The notes beneath the pieces are model-generated. The model was not told the DNA's origin and did not search any database. It saw only the letters and a list, made by a program, of their open reading frames with translations. A stretch of DNA of 64,000 nt from TPA_inf: Saccharomyces (lineage: Eukaryota): contig BK006939.2 of assembly GCA_000146045.2 (NCBI GenBank), positions 320,001 through 384,000 on the forward strand. The letters run 5' to 3'. Position numbers and translations under genes: made by a program. Shown here in pieces: positions 44,589 through 57,614 of the stretch; positions within the stretch are counted from its first letter, which is position 1, and the number at the start of each line of letters is the position of its first letter.

Positions 44589-46517
44589 ATGTCAAAAGCT
44601 GTTGGTATTGATTTAGGTACAACCTATTCATGTGTTGCTCATTTTGCAAACGATAGGGTTGAAATTATCGCTAACGATCAAGGTAATAGAACGACGCCTT
44701 CTTATGTGGCTTTTACTGACACAGAAAGGCTAATTGGTGACGCTGCGAAGAATCAAGCTGCGATGAACCCACATAATACAGTATTCGATGCTAAGCGTCT
44801 GATCGGACGTAAATTCGATGATCCAGAAGTGACGAACGATGCTAAGCATTACCCATTCAAAGTGATTGACAAGGGAGGTAAACCGGTAGTGCAAGTGGAA
44901 TATAAAGGCGAGACAAAGACATTTACTCCAGAAGAAATTTCCTCAATGATCTTGACAAAGATGAAGGAGACTGCTGAGAACTTTTTAGGAACAGAAGTGA
45001 AAGATGCTGTAGTAACGGTTCCAGCCTATTTCAACGATTCACAAAGGCAAGCAACAAAAGATGCCGGTACAATCGCGGGCTTGAACGTTCTTCGTATCAT
45101 TAATGAACCTACAGCTGCCGCTATTGCGTATGGGCTGGACAAGAAATCGCAGAAGGAGCACAACGTCTTGATCTTTGATTTAGGTGGTGGTACTTTTGAT
45201 GTCTCTCTGCTATCCATAGATGAAGGTGTCTTTGAGGTTAAGGCTACTGCTGGTGACACTCACTTGGGTGGTGAAGATTTCGATAGTAGGCTGGTTAACT
45301 TTCTAGCCGAGGAGTTCAAAAGAAAAAATAAAAAGGATCTAACAACTAACCAAAGGTCCCTAAGGAGGTTAAGGACCGCCGCTGAAAGGGCCAAGAGAAC
45401 TCTGTCTTCGTCTGCTCAGACATCTATAGAAATAGATTCATTATTTGAGGGTATCGATTTCTATACTTCCATTACAAGGGCAAGATTTGAAGAATTATGT
45501 GCTGATTTGTTTAGATCTACATTGGAGCCAGTGGAAAAAGTTTTGGCTGATTCAAAATTAGATAAGTCACAAATTGATGAAATTGTACTTGTTGGTGGTT
45601 CAACAAGAATTCCAAAAGTACAAAAACTGGTTTCTGATTTTTTCAATGGTAAAGAACCAAACCGTTCGATTAACCCTGATGAGGCCGTCGCTTATGGTGC
45701 TGCCGTACAGGCTGCCATCTTAACGGGTGACCAGTCGTCGACGACCCAAGATTTACTGTTGCTGGATGTTGCACCATTATCTCTAGGTATTGAAACTGCA
45801 GGTGGTATTATGACAAAGTTGATCCCAAGAAATTCGACTATCCCAACAAAAAAATCGGAAGTGTTTTCCACCTACGCTGACAACCAACCTGGTGTGTTGA
45901 TACAAGTTTTTGAGGGTGAAAGGACAAGGACAAAAGACAACAATCTACTGGGTAAATTTGAGTTGAGCGGTATTCCACCCGCTCCAAGAGGCGTACCACA
46001 AATTGAAGTTACATTTGATATCGATGCAAATGGTATTCTGAACGTATCTGCCGTTGAAAAAGGTACTGGTAAATCTAACAAGATTACAATTACTAACGAT
46101 AAGGGAAGATTATCGAAGGAAGATATCGATAAAATGGTTGCTGAGGCAGAAAAGTTCAAGGCCGAAGATGAACAAGAAGCTCAACGTGTTCAAGCTAAGA
46201 ATCAGCTAGAATCGTACGCGTTTACTTTGAAAAATTCTGTGAGCGAAAATAACTTCAAGGAGAAGGTGGGTGAAGAGGATGCCAGGAAATTGGAAGCCGC
46301 CGCCCAAGATGCTATAAATTGGTTAGATGCTTCGCAAGCGGCCTCCACCGAGGAATACAAGGAAAGGCAAAAGGAACTAGAAGGTGTTGCAAACCCCATT
46401 ATGAGTAAATTTTACGGAGCTGCAGGTGGTGCCCCAGGAGCAGGCCCAGTTCCGGGTGCTGGAGCAGGCCCCACTGGAGCACCAGACAACGGCCCAACGG
46501 TTGAAGAGGTTGATTAG
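44589..46517 (+). CDS. SSA4: Cytosolic Hsp70 of the SSA subfamily, 642 aa. It is heat-inducible.
   Basis: Full Hsp70 ATPase and substrate-binding domains with a C-terminal GGAP-rich tail and EEVD. SSA4 rather than SSA1 to SSA3 is assigned from tail sequence and position. Confidence 0.88.
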   Translation: MSKAVGIDLGTTYSCVAHFANDRVEIIANDQGNRTTPSYVAFTDTERLIGDAAKNQAAMNPHNTVFDAKRLIGRKFDDPEVTNDAKHYPFKVIDKGGKPVVQVEYKGETKTFTPEEISSMILTKMKETAENFLGTEVKDAVVTVPAYFNDSQRQATKDAGTIAGLNVLRIINEPTAAAIAYGLDKKSQKEHNVLIFDLGGGTFDVSLLSIDEGVFEVKATAGDTHLGGEDFDSRLVNFLAEEFKRKNKKDLTTNQRSLRRLRTAAERAKRTLSSSAQTSIEIDSLFEGIDFYTSITRARFEELCADLFRSTLEPVEKVLADSKLDKSQIDEIVLVGGSTRIPKVQKLVSDFFNGKEPNRSINPDEAVAYGAAVQAAILTGDQSSTTQDLLLLDVAPLSLGIETAGGIMTKLIPRNSTIPTKKSEVFSTYADNQPGVLIQVFEGERTRTKDNNLLGKFELSGIPPAPRGVPQIEVTFDIDANGILNVSAVEKGTGKSNKITITNDKGRLSKEDIDKMVAEAEKFKAEDEQEAQRVQAKNQLESYAFTLKNSVSENNFKEKVGEEDARKLEAAAQDAINWLDASQAASTEEYKERQKELEGVANPIMSKFYGAAGGAPGAGPVPGAGAGPTGAPDNGPTVEEVD

Positions 46518-46801
46518 ATAAATACAAAGATGCGATGAAGTAGCAGCATCGAATTTCTTAGTTTTCCCTCTTAACAACTTTTTATAAGTATATATATAAG
46601 ATACACAATCAGTAATTAGCAAATGACTACTATTTGTACGTTCTCATCGTCATAAGCCAGAGTTTAATTAAGTGCCTCAACCGGGATGCGATTTCGCGTT
46701 CATATACAAAGCCGAAATGACAATAAGAAAGTCATCGCCAAACAACACGACTAATTGACCATTAAAAGGAACAAAATACAGTCAAAGAGTTTAGCTCGGA
46801 A

Positions 46802-47428
46802 ATGTACAGCAATCATAATTTAAATTCGGATGACTGTTGCTTCGATTGGAATGAAGAGAAGGCCGCAGAACTACAGCGTACAGGTGTTTCTTTTGACCGG
46901 AGTTTAACACCTCAATCTTTAAGAACATCTACACGTAGACTATCAGAAGAGAACAAACAACAAAGTGGCACTATGCACATTGACACTTCCCCTTCTGTGG
47001 TTTCAGATATAATATCAAGTAGACGAGATCGTTCACAGGATTTTTTTGGGCCTCATTCTTCATCCCCTATTGCCCCTTCAGAACGACAACGAGCGGATCA
47101 GAGATCACGGTTGGAGTCCATGAGATTAACTAGACGTCGAGACAAAATGACCAAAGTACGCGGTGGCCTAGAAAAGATGGAAGAAATGATCATGCAAGGT
47201 GAACACCTTAGAGAAATGCAAAGGCTAAAGCAGGAAGCACAAAAGAACGCTCTACCCTCTGACATGGCTGAATATATGGAATGGCAAAACAACGAGGATT
47301 TGGAAGACGATGAGTTGCTTGCCTTTATTGAAAAACAGGAAACTTATAAAAATGAATTAGAACACTTTTTGAACAATGCTAATAAAAATGTTTATGAGAA
47401 CAACTCGTATCCGAACTCTCATACGTGA
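46802..47428 (+). CDS. RTT105: RTT105, a regulator of Ty1 transposition and RPA chaperone, 208 aa
   Basis: 208-aa ORF in the expected position. It has low complexity and is assigned mainly by synteny. Confidence 0.75.
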   Translation: MYSNHNLNSDDCCFDWNEEKAAELQRTGVSFDRSLTPQSLRTSTRRLSEENKQQSGTMHIDTSPSVVSDIISSRRDRSQDFFGPHSSSPIAPSERQRADQRSRLESMRLTRRRDKMTKVRGGLEKMEEMIMQGEHLREMQRLKQEAQKNALPSDMAEYMEWQNNEDLEDDELLAFIEKQETYKNELEHFLNNANKNVYENNSYPNSHT

Positions 47429-47837
47429 TGGCATCATTGCTATTACAGAAATAGCCCTAGCCTGTCATATTTAACTGAGCTGTTGAGTATGGGCATCTTT
47501 CCGCATGCGCTAACTACGGAGCTGGCTCTTCCCCTTCTATTAATCCTTCTGGCAGGAAGCGAAAGCGACTGATGTCGTTTCTACGTTTCTATGTATATTC
47601 TATCGCGTTTAAGTGTGTATATTTTGAGCTGCTCAAGTGAAGGGAACGTATTCAGAATAACTAGATTCTCTGCCATACGATCAACTAACTGTTTACCATA
47701 TACAGTCTCAGTTCGCTACGGTTAGCGTACCGTAAAACAGCAGTTTACATTCACTATATAAAGGATGACGTAAGAATTTGCCTACGTATTAAAGAAAACT
47801 TCACAATCAAACTGCTAAAATATACAAATAATTCCGT

Positions 47838-50800
47838 TCATTTCAGGCCATGATGACGATCCTTCACATAATCTTGAACGGGATCGGTATTCGGATCATA
47901 TTTCTCCAATTTTTTGATTTGTTCTGGCGCAATTGAACCGCGTAAATCTGAATCACTTTGGTACCAATCTTTGATCAACCATACCATTTCTTTTTTTGCC
48001 AATTCGACATTTCCTTCAGAGTTTTCTATGATACGACTTAGAATGTAATAGAGTTTTAAATGAGAAACTCCGGCAAGCAAGAACATTGAACATACAGATC
48101 CATCAGCAGCTGAACTTTTATCAATGAATGATTCTAATATTTTATTCATTAAGAAATGTACAGGGAAAACAACGTCCGTATCGCGTGTTGTTTTACCAAT
48201 TCGAATTAGTGTGTTGGATATCGAGGAAAGAAAGGATTCTTGGCCTACACTTCCCACGTCAGGCGATGGAGCATTTTTCATGCTATCGAGCAATCGATTC
48301 CACTCTCCTTGAATGACTTTTTCATCTTTGAATTGAGATACTTTGAAAATTCTTAGTTTTATTTCGTAGTAATCTAATGGGTCTGCACAATCATTAAAGA
48401 GATCTGATAATGGGAGCACCCTTCCATTTAGTTTAAGTGTTAGTTGCTTTCTATAATCTTCGTCAATCCTTGTTTCATTCCTTACCAAATTAAGTAGGTC
48501 ATCCTGAATGGAAGCTATGTCGAAAAGTTCGTGGATGTTCTCAGATAACTGGACCAGTGCCGGCTTTTGGTCGAATGACGTTGAGCTATCACAAAGACCG
48601 TTTGCTCTTGCTAGGCATTCGATTCTTTCACTTAATTTTAAGTCAAAATCAGAACTAGCTAGAGCATATAAAACATCAGCTGCTTCAAGAAAATGTTCTT
48701 CTTTGAATAAGTAGAACCACAACAGATTACTAATTTCTAGAGATTTTTCTGCTCTTTCTTTCAAGTACGGCAAAACAAATTGAGAATCCAAACGTAATAA
48801 GTAGTCTTGTCTTTTATTTGCGACAAGCCAATCATAAAAGCAATAATGGAAGAACCTGTTATTGCTATTCATTATCACTGAGTAAACTCTTTTCTTCAGT
48901 GACGAAGCTGGTGAAAAAATAGATATATTTGCAATTGAAGGGGATTGTTCGATAGATGTATAGTCATCCACGCTTTTGACAATCTCAAAAATCAAAGTGT
49001 ACACATTTATGCGTTTGTCATAAAAAACTTTTCTTGGATCGGCAGTATTACAACCTCTAGACACATACTCTTGTGCTTGGTTTCCTTTATCAATTTTATC
49101 TGCAAATCTAAGTAGAAATCCAACAGTCTTAGGCTGGTAATTAAGTTTTACCATGATATCCACCACACGTCTCAATTCACATAATTCTATATTCTCGGCA
49201 CACCTTTCATAAAGGTCAATTGCGGTATCTAAATGGTTCCTTGATATTTTAGAATCTATCATTTCAAACTTCTGTGCTGCTTCTAAATGCTCTCCTGCCC
49301 TGTAACACAAAATGTCTGCACTATGACAAAAAGATCCAAAGCGTTCCTTTAAAACGTTCACAATATAATCTGCCGATGTGCCGCTTGCAATATTAGCGTT
49401 TACAACTTCTATTAAAATCTCTTTTATTAATTGTTTGGTTTTTGCGTTAGGGGTAAACAAATCATGGAACTTAAGATCAAAAAAATACTCACGTGTCTTG
49501 GAGTCATAAACTCCCCCTGCACCCATCAATGTATTTAGCAAAGATTTGAAAGCATCAATATCTTCGTAGAAGACATTTATAAGGGAAAGCGCATCCTTAA
49601 TAGAATTTATTAAGAGGATAAGAGCATTCATAGCAATAGACTCAGCATCGGATGCAGTTATAGCATTGCTACCTTTCGGAGGCACAAATGAAACGAAGGA
49701 AGGACGGTGGATGTTGAAGAAATCTGCCAAAACAGATATCGATGATAAATAATACTCAACCTGTGGCCTAGTTATAGAAATACCAAAAGCATCCATTTTT
49801 TCCGTTTTGGAAGCCCTTTTAAAAACAAAGACCCTCTCTTCCCATATTTGGCTAAATAATCTTGTAATTAATAACGCAGAACCATAAAACCTGGGAGATA
49901 GTACTATACCATCACATTCACCAGATTTATCGAATAAATTTTGTGAGATTGGCGGCACGCTGCCACTTTCTCTAGAACTTTTCGGTTTTATTTCAACTAC
50001 CCCAGGTATACCGGCAGAGAAGAAGGCCAGGGCACTTGATTTAATATGCTCTGACTTATTAAACTTACAAGCTAAATAAAGTGCCGTAGAGCAAGCCTCA
50101 GATAAACCATAACTGTGAATAAATGGCAAAGGATTTTCAATCAAGCTTTCGAACACTTCGTCGGGCGTGCGATAGCAATAAATTTCTAAGGCATTGCTTG
50201 TTAAAACGGCAACTTTTAATGGTTCTGCACTGTATTGTGAGGCAAACACATTGGCGTAACCTTGGGGAGTAGAAGTGTAATTAAAAGATCTTGTTAAGGG
50301 AACAATCTCTTTAATTTCATCTGTCGTATCGAGTAGTGCGGTATTCTCTACATATTTACCATAATTCTTTAATATACCGTAATCTGGAGCACTAACGTAA
50401 AGTTTGTGTTCCTCTTTATTTTCCAGCAAAGCTTTATTTGTAATACCTTTAGATAGTTCTCCGGAATTAGCTCTTTTCCTCACGCACGTAAAGTATATAC
50501 CTGGTGATATTATCGTACTAGCGCAAGTGGTATTGATATAAGTTGAACTAGCTTTTTGTGTTGAAAGTGGGCCTGTATCATGTGTGTTTAAGGGGTGATG
50601 ACCGATTATGAAAGATTTATTTTGCTCGAGGGAGCTAGATATACTGGTAGGAGGAAACTTTACAGAGTCTAATTTTAATGAGCCAATCGATCTCCTAGAA
50701 ATGGAACCTTTGAAATACAAGCGTACCCCAGTAGTAGTTATAACAGCTAAGAATAAATCATTGTTCTCACACATAGAGATAGAAACAATTTTGGCAATCT

Positions 50801-52013
50801 TGAAAGCTCGATTACTGAGTAGAGGTGAATTTTTTACACCCAATGCATTCATTCCACGCCTGATATGAGCAGCATCAATGAGGACCGGTCCTACTAGCCC
50901 GTTACTAGTAATTAGGTAAGATCTGACAATAGATTTCGTTGATAGAGTATGTAAAACGCCTCTTGACTGGTCAACTTCGAGCTGTGATATAGTTTCTTCT
51001 TCGGTACCTGCATCCCCTTCTAGTACTTTTTGTATCAACTTTCCTCCGGGTATGCTAGGTATTAGTTTTGTAGGTAGTAAATTTGCTAAGTTTGACTTTG
51101 TCAAACATATTTTGTTACTCTTGCTATTGAATAGGTTCTCCGAGCAGTTATATTGTAATTCCCACACGTTGACACCATCAGTCGCACCAGTGAAAAATAT
51201 TTGTCCAGTCCTTTCGTAGCTTATTATGTTAGAAACGTTGAACCCAGTTACATTTACTTTTAATCCTGTGTTAAAGATATTCAACTCATGAGTACGGTCA
51301 TTAAATGATATTGTCAAAATATAGATATCAAAAAGAGTGGCGACAATCAATAAATTTTCAACAGAAGAAACAAAAGTGTTTGGGCTAGGCTTAACTAGTT
51401 TCACTTTTAAAATGGTGTGCTCGATTTCATCGATACAGTGGTATTCTGAACTATTATTGATATTCCACAAGATCAATTTATTATCAGAGGTTATCCAACA
51501 ATAGTTCAGTTCGAGAAAAATACCCATATCACTCTTTATTTCGGTATTTGAAACTTGTGATAAAACTTCATCTGGTATATTTGTCACTTGTTGTCTTTGG
51601 AAGGGGGTAAATGCACCTAATCCACCGACTTCATCTGAGAAATTATAATCCAAACCTTTACTATAATAGTCTGGATTATCTAGTATTGGCGTATTTCTGT
51701 CCCTAAAGCTCAAATCCTGGACAAATTCACTAGCCAACTGCAACGGTTCAGAGGAAGTCAACCCGCTTATCTTGACGTGTGTAGTTACGTCACGAAGTTC
51801 TGATTCAATAGTATTTCCAGCCTCGCCATACTTGTTTAATACATCTTTCCTGGTTTTTCTTTCGCTTAGGAAGGAACGGCTCGACAGGTTGGGCTTACCG
51901 TTGTTTTGGTCATCTCTTGGCCGATTCCTTAAGCGATTTCCTCCTAAGGAAGCCGAAGCCGTAAACGTTTCGCGATCGTAATCAATCCTCTTTTTTAGTG
52001 GAGTTGAATACAT
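47838..52013 (-). CDS. NUP157: Nucleoporin Nup157 of the Nup155/Nup170 inner-ring family, 1391 aa
   Basis: Large beta-propeller plus alpha-solenoid ORF. The start is MYSTPLKKR, the second Met of the ORF-track ORF. Confidence 0.88.
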
Positions 52014-52325
52014 CACAATTGAAATCCGAGCTGTAGTTTTTGTGAAATGTTTCTCCTACAAACAGATTTTATTCTTAATTTCTTCTATTGATTTATAAAG
52101 CCATTCAAAATTCAGATGGAAATTATTCATTAGAAATCTTTCCTCTCCAAAGTCGGGTAATACTTTCTATTTTGTGTCACTAATTTTATAATACTTTAAT
52201 CAGCAAATACTATAATAATAGAATAATCTCCAGACGTTCATGGAAAGTTCAACAATGGAAACATAGCCATATTTATTTACTAGCAAAAGCATTTTCAGAG
52301 AATTTTTTTGTTTCCTGAAAAAAAA

Positions 52326-53234
52326 ATGAGGGAAAAAAGAACAATTTCAAATAAAGACACAAACTATCTCAAATTCCCAAATAAACTCCAAAGATATTCC
52401 CGATTCTTGAGCAGGAAGATATCCAATACCAGCCCAGAAAAGCAACCGAAGAAGAACATAAAAGAACACTGTTTATCGAGTTATCATAAAGAACACTCGG
52501 TAAAACCAAAGCAAAACTCCGGTAATGTTGCAGCAAAAGAAGACAAAGATACGCAGCATTTACAAAATAATGTCGCTAATGAAGAAGCAACGGAATGTCT
52601 AACAAGAAGTAATTTGAAAAAGTTACAAGAGAAAATTTTCGATAGAGAACTTAATGATATTGCCTGTGATCATTGTCTTTGTAGCACAGAAAATAGAAGA
52701 GATATCAAGTATTCACGACTTTGGTTCCTTTTTGAGTTGGAAATGAGTGAAAACTGGAATGAAAATCTCCGCCTTAGTTGCTATAATAAATATGTGTATT
52801 CCGCAATTGATGAGTCGTGGAAAATGGAGAATATTCTACTTAAAGAACAAGAGAAGCATTATGAATATTTTCCAATAGGACAATTACTGATACCCAATAA
52901 TATTGACTACACTAATAAACAGAAAAGGAAGGAAAACATTGAAGACTTAACAATTGAAATTGATAGTATTATAGAGACAAACCATCAAAAGAAAAGATTT
53001 TTGCCGCAAAGTGTCCTGATAAAAAGGGAGGATGAAATTGCATTTGACGACTTTCATTTGGATGCACGAAAGGTTCTAAACGATTTGAGCGCCACTTCTG
53101 AAAATCCATTCAGCTCTTCACCAAATACAAAAAAAATTAAATCAAAGGGAAAAACCTTGGAAGTGGTTCCCAAAAAGAAAAACAAAAAGATCATAGGTGC
53201 TTTGGAAAGAAAGCTACATATAGATGAAAATTAA
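52326..53234 (+). CDS. MAM1: Monopolin subunit expressed in meiosis I, 302 aa
   Basis: 302-aa product starting MREKRTISNKD. A candidate MSE-like TTTTGTG lies about 290 bp upstream. Confidence 0.75.
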   Translation: MREKRTISNKDTNYLKFPNKLQRYSRFLSRKISNTSPEKQPKKNIKEHCLSSYHKEHSVKPKQNSGNVAAKEDKDTQHLQNNVANEEATECLTRSNLKKLQEKIFDRELNDIACDHCLCSTENRRDIKYSRLWFLFELEMSENWNENLRLSCYNKYVYSAIDESWKMENILLKEQEKHYEYFPIGQLLIPNNIDYTNKQKRKENIEDLTIEIDSIIETNHQKKRFLPQSVLIKREDEIAFDDFHLDARKVLNDLSATSENPFSSSPNTKKIKSKGKTLEVVPKKKNKKIIGALERKLHIDEN

Positions 53235-53447
53235 TGAAAGTATTGTCTGCACATTACCACCGGTTAAAACGGCGACTCAGTGTAACCTGTAAAACTTTTT
53301 ATCAATTTTGAATAGGTATAGAGAGATTTTCCTATTCTCTCCAAAAGAACCTGTATCATTAAAAAATATATATCTTTTACATATTGCAAATATAAAAAAT
53401 TACAAAAGTAATGTGGTTGCGCACGGAAGCTATCCGAAGAACGAATT

Positions 53448-54545
53448 TCACCTTTTCTTTTTCTCTTTAACCTCTTCATCAGTTGTGGCATGTAGCCTAA
53501 TGACGTTTGGATAGTCGGGTCTGTTGCCCATATGGCCTTGATGCCAATCATAACTTAGAGCGTACGCAAATACGCTACCATTCCTATTGAAGCTGCATAC
53601 AGGAATAGATGCTTGCAAAGTAGGATAGCCTTTCAATCTATGCCTTTGATTCTTATCCCAAAAATTGAAGGTACCATCACCACCAGCCGTAACAAAAGTA
53701 CCATATAATGGATGAAATGCAATGCTATTTACAGGATACACTAGAGATTGACCATTGGAGCCAGGTGCCCTATTAGGATTGGTTTGACGATGGCATTTAA
53801 ATGAAAAGCCTGATTTTTTCTGCATACCATCATCGATATACCTTATGGAGCATCTACCTTCCACTGAACCAATCGCATATCCATCGGCTTCATTATAACA
53901 TGCCACGCATCGAGTTTGCCATTTTAAAGGTGACGTGGTTGCCTTAAAAATCGTTGTTGGGTTTGCTAGATTGATAATAGCGATATGTCTTTCGGCAGTA
54001 GCCACTACTAACAGAGACTGTTTATTATCCATCGAATATACTCTTTCAGGCATCATTACGGTGGATACGGGCTGGGGTTGTCTCATATCCCAATATTTTA
54101 TGGTTTTATCCCAGGATCCGGTTACTATACACTCTGTGTTCGATGGTCCACATTGTACAAAACGTAATACTTTTATTGGCGCAGAATGCATTCCAATTTG
54201 CTGTGTTTGACCACTGGCAATATCGTACAATTTCAGGGCATTATCACACCCGCCTGAGGCTACTTTTGTACCATCATTCGACCATCTGGTACATAATACA
54301 GGGCTGGAGCTTTCATGCTGCGCTCTACCTTGAGGTACACCATTTTGGACATCCCAAATACGTACCTTACCGTCCCAGGAACTGGCACTAAACATGAAAT
54401 CTTGTTGCGGTGAAAACGCAATATCCGATATTGAGTCCTCTGCTGGGCTATTAATGACAATATCATTGGCCAAATCCTTTTCATTCGCCATTGCAGTACT
54501 CGTTCCCAAAGCTGAGGTTGTATTTGATCGATTAAAAAAAGACAT
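53448..54545 (-). CDS. GLE2: GLE2, an mRNA export factor with WD40 repeats (Rae1 orthologue), 365 aa
   Basis: WD repeats throughout, with the N-terminus [14 protein letters not shown]. Confidence 0.92.
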
Positions 54546-55214
54546 AGTTCCCCACTTTTCCTCTTCTTACGTATTTCTTTATTTTATTGTAATATGCAGA
54601 TTAAGGTTTATGATATTTGATCAAGGTGGATGTGCCGGAATGATTGGTATGGTAAGCTTGCCCAATTCTTATAAGTCAGTCTCTGTTCAAGTAAAATGGT
54701 TATATAGTGCTTAACCGGAACAAACCTTTAGCAATTGCGATCAACTAAGATATCTTATTGTAAACCCTACCGTCATCATATGAAATATCAATCTTAGAAA
54801 TCTTAGAGAGCAATGCAAAAAAAAAAAAGAGACGAGACGGTCATCGTAAATCATGATCATAGTAATGTCAAAAGTTAATTTACCATTATGCCAAGCTACT
54901 TCAATGAGTGTACATCAACCAGAAAAGTGCCTGTATTTAATGGTTCAAATGTTCTTTTTATAAGTACAATATCTTATCTAAAAATTAAACACTTCTATCT
55001 TATCATGGAAGAAAAACAAAGCTATCACAAAACAAATATCCTAAAAAACCGTTTATAAAAAGTCGTTGCTGTGAAAATGGTTCAGTTCACAGGGCTTAAA
55101 CCCATCCCCAAATTTAGCGAAATGTCAGATACGTAACTCCATTCTCCTAGCTTTTTATTATGTTTCCTGTCATTAAGAGTTTTTATTTTTTATTATAATA
55201 CTCAACACGTGACT

Positions 55215-57614
55215 TCAGCCTTCCCAATTAATAAAATTGAAATCATTTTCATTTGTATCCAGTAAATTGAGATCGTAATCCGGTCCTTGGTCTTCAACCA
55301 TACCAATATTCCCAAACTTCAAGTTCTGAGAGTGTACATTCTGATTTTCATTAGTACTGGTTTGCTGAGGACCCAAAGTTGTACCCACATTGGATGAGGG
55401 CTGAATTAATGTGTTATCATTATCGCCACTATTTGTAGATGCAGAGGTTTCATCAGCAACATTTGAATTCTCGTTTGGTGTTCTATTGTTAGAAGCATAA
55501 GCTTGATTAGGAAACAACAAAGAACTTGAATTTTTGAGGGCGTCAAAATCATATCCTTGATTATTACTACTCGGCTTTTTTTCCTCTGGAGTAGATAATG
55601 TGTTACGATTGCCTTTACTACTTCTTGAATCATTGCCTACTTGCGCCTCCAGTATGTTTCCCCCATTCGGCAATTCTTGGGATACTGTATTATTCTGTGA
55701 AGTGATTATTTTAGAGTTCTTTAAAGTAATATTCAAATTGGTGGTTGAAAACCCATGTGGCGGCTTTATAACCACGTTTCCTGGTACCTTAGAACTTCTT
55801 TGCTTCTGAGCGTCACCAGACCGAGGTGTTGCTATGCTTAATGGGGATGATGCCGAAACTTTTGAGTTTACTGCTCGCTTGGGTCCATTCTTTCCGGCAA
55901 TCTTGCCACTTTCTGGATCGAAGCAACTCTCTGTCACTGAAGATAATGGACTGGATACAGCCGGCTTGTTGAAACTTCCCAAATTTATACCTGGAAAAGG
56001 GAGAGAATTCGCAGTTTTAGTGGGCGGAGCGGAATGAATATTCGGAGCAATAGTATTCGAGAATGTTCTTAACATATTATTCTCATCCTTAGTGGCATCA
56101 GCATTCAGAATAACAGAAGGAGTGGATTTCCTCCTCGACACTCTAGTGTTAGGGGGACTGCGCTTTTTACCTGTCACCACGCTGTTGCCACCGAGTTTAT
56201 TCGTAGACTCTACTGGAAAAGCTGAGGTGGATGCCTTTTTTGTATTTTTCCTTACCTTTGTGGGCTGTTTAGAAGCTAAAGCGGAAGGTGATGCTCCATC
56301 CAACGATGGGCTAGATTTGGAATTAGAATAAATATCTTCCTCGCCAAATATTATTGCTTGATTGCGGAAGTTAGTAGCAATATCTGATCTTGGAGTCTTA
56401 TTTACTCTTGAACCTACCATAGCGGGTTCACTTGTTGTTGAGCCTGGTGTGGTAATATTTGGCGAACAAGCGTTCGTCGATCCCGCGGAAACTGTAGCGG
56501 TATTATTTTTTCTTCGTCTCTTAGCCACTAGACCGGCTTTAACTTTACCCTTCGCTTTTGAGGTTGCAGATCTACTTCTTGTAGATTTTGACGTCGGGAC
56601 ATTATTTGGTTTATCTGTTGAATGCATAGTTTTTAAACTTTTAGGTTGGTTCACTGGAGATTTGTTATTAGTTGTATTATTTGTGGTATTATTGTTACAC
56701 GGGTTTCCCACTGGATTTTCCGTAGTGGGTTGCATTGGATAATTATAGACTGGCCAGCCAGTAACGTTTTGACTCCGATTCTGGGTTGGCCCTACATTTG
56801 TAAAATCGCCGGAAGGCGGCGCTGTGGGAGCAACAGCAGTTGCACCAGTCGTGGGGTTTGCATTATTGTATGGTGGAATGGAAAAATTATTAACGATAGG
56901 GTTACCAACCATAGGAATTGGTATAGGGTTCATATTAACATTGCGCATTTGAACCGCAGGTGCCATAGGATTTCCTAGCATCATAGCAGCCAAGTGCATG
57001 GGGTCTATGTCCTCGTTACTATATTCCCCTCTTCGTTCTGCATCGTGTTGTAGCCTTGCCGCATGAACAGCCAAGCTTCTATATATTTGTTCCTGCCTTT
57101 GTTCTTGAAGAACTAGTTGATAATATTGCTGAGCGAACTCTGAGCCACCTCTGGAAGAACTGGTATTAAAGATGTCCCAGAATATTTGCTACCATTCATA
57201 CAAAAAGCCTTGAGGTGTATCTACTACCTTCGAGAACGTATTCTGGTTACCATTGTTTTCTTTAGATTTGGGTCCGTCGACTGGGTTTTGGCCTTTGTCT
57301 CTATCTAGGTGCGCATCTTGAGCAAAGGCTGCTGCAGTGTTTTTCAAAGACGACTTCGTAAGAAAGTCAAATATGTACTCATTGAGCGTATTCTTGCAGT
57401 TCATTTTTTCCTTCAAATCCGAATTTTCCGCCGTAGGTTGATTTATCCACTGCTGTTGCTGCTGTTGCTGCTGCTGCTGTTGTTGTCGCTGCTGTTCACT
57501 ATTCGTTGCCATTGCAATATTACTCTGCAAATCTTGTTTATACTGGCTTGCCATGTACGGTTGTTCCGTGGGAGGAATTGAATCTGGATACGAACTATTC
57601 ACTTTATAACTCAT
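55215..57614 (-). pseudogene. FLO8: FLO8, a LisH-domain transcription factor, interrupted by one in-frame TAG at 57189..57191. This is the flo8-1 type allele; the uninterrupted reading frame would encode 799 aa.
   Basis: Two same-frame ORFs (57189..57614 of 141 aa, and 55215..57074) are separated only by a TAG. The N-terminal LisH region and poly-Gln are in the upstream piece. Total length equals the intact gene. Confidence 0.9.
57450..57494 (-). repeat. Imperfect CAG/CAA trinucleotide repeat encoding about 15 Gln in FLO8
   Basis: ctgctgttgctgctgttgctgctgctgctgttgttg on the plus strand. Confidence 0.8.

Noticed and set aside
52037-52044. A middle-sporulation element (Ndt80 site) upstream of MAM1, and one for SHC1
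   Set aside because: TTTTGTGA is only a core match. I could not find a convincing full gNCRCAAAW in the SHC1 promoter, so the support is too weak to annotate.
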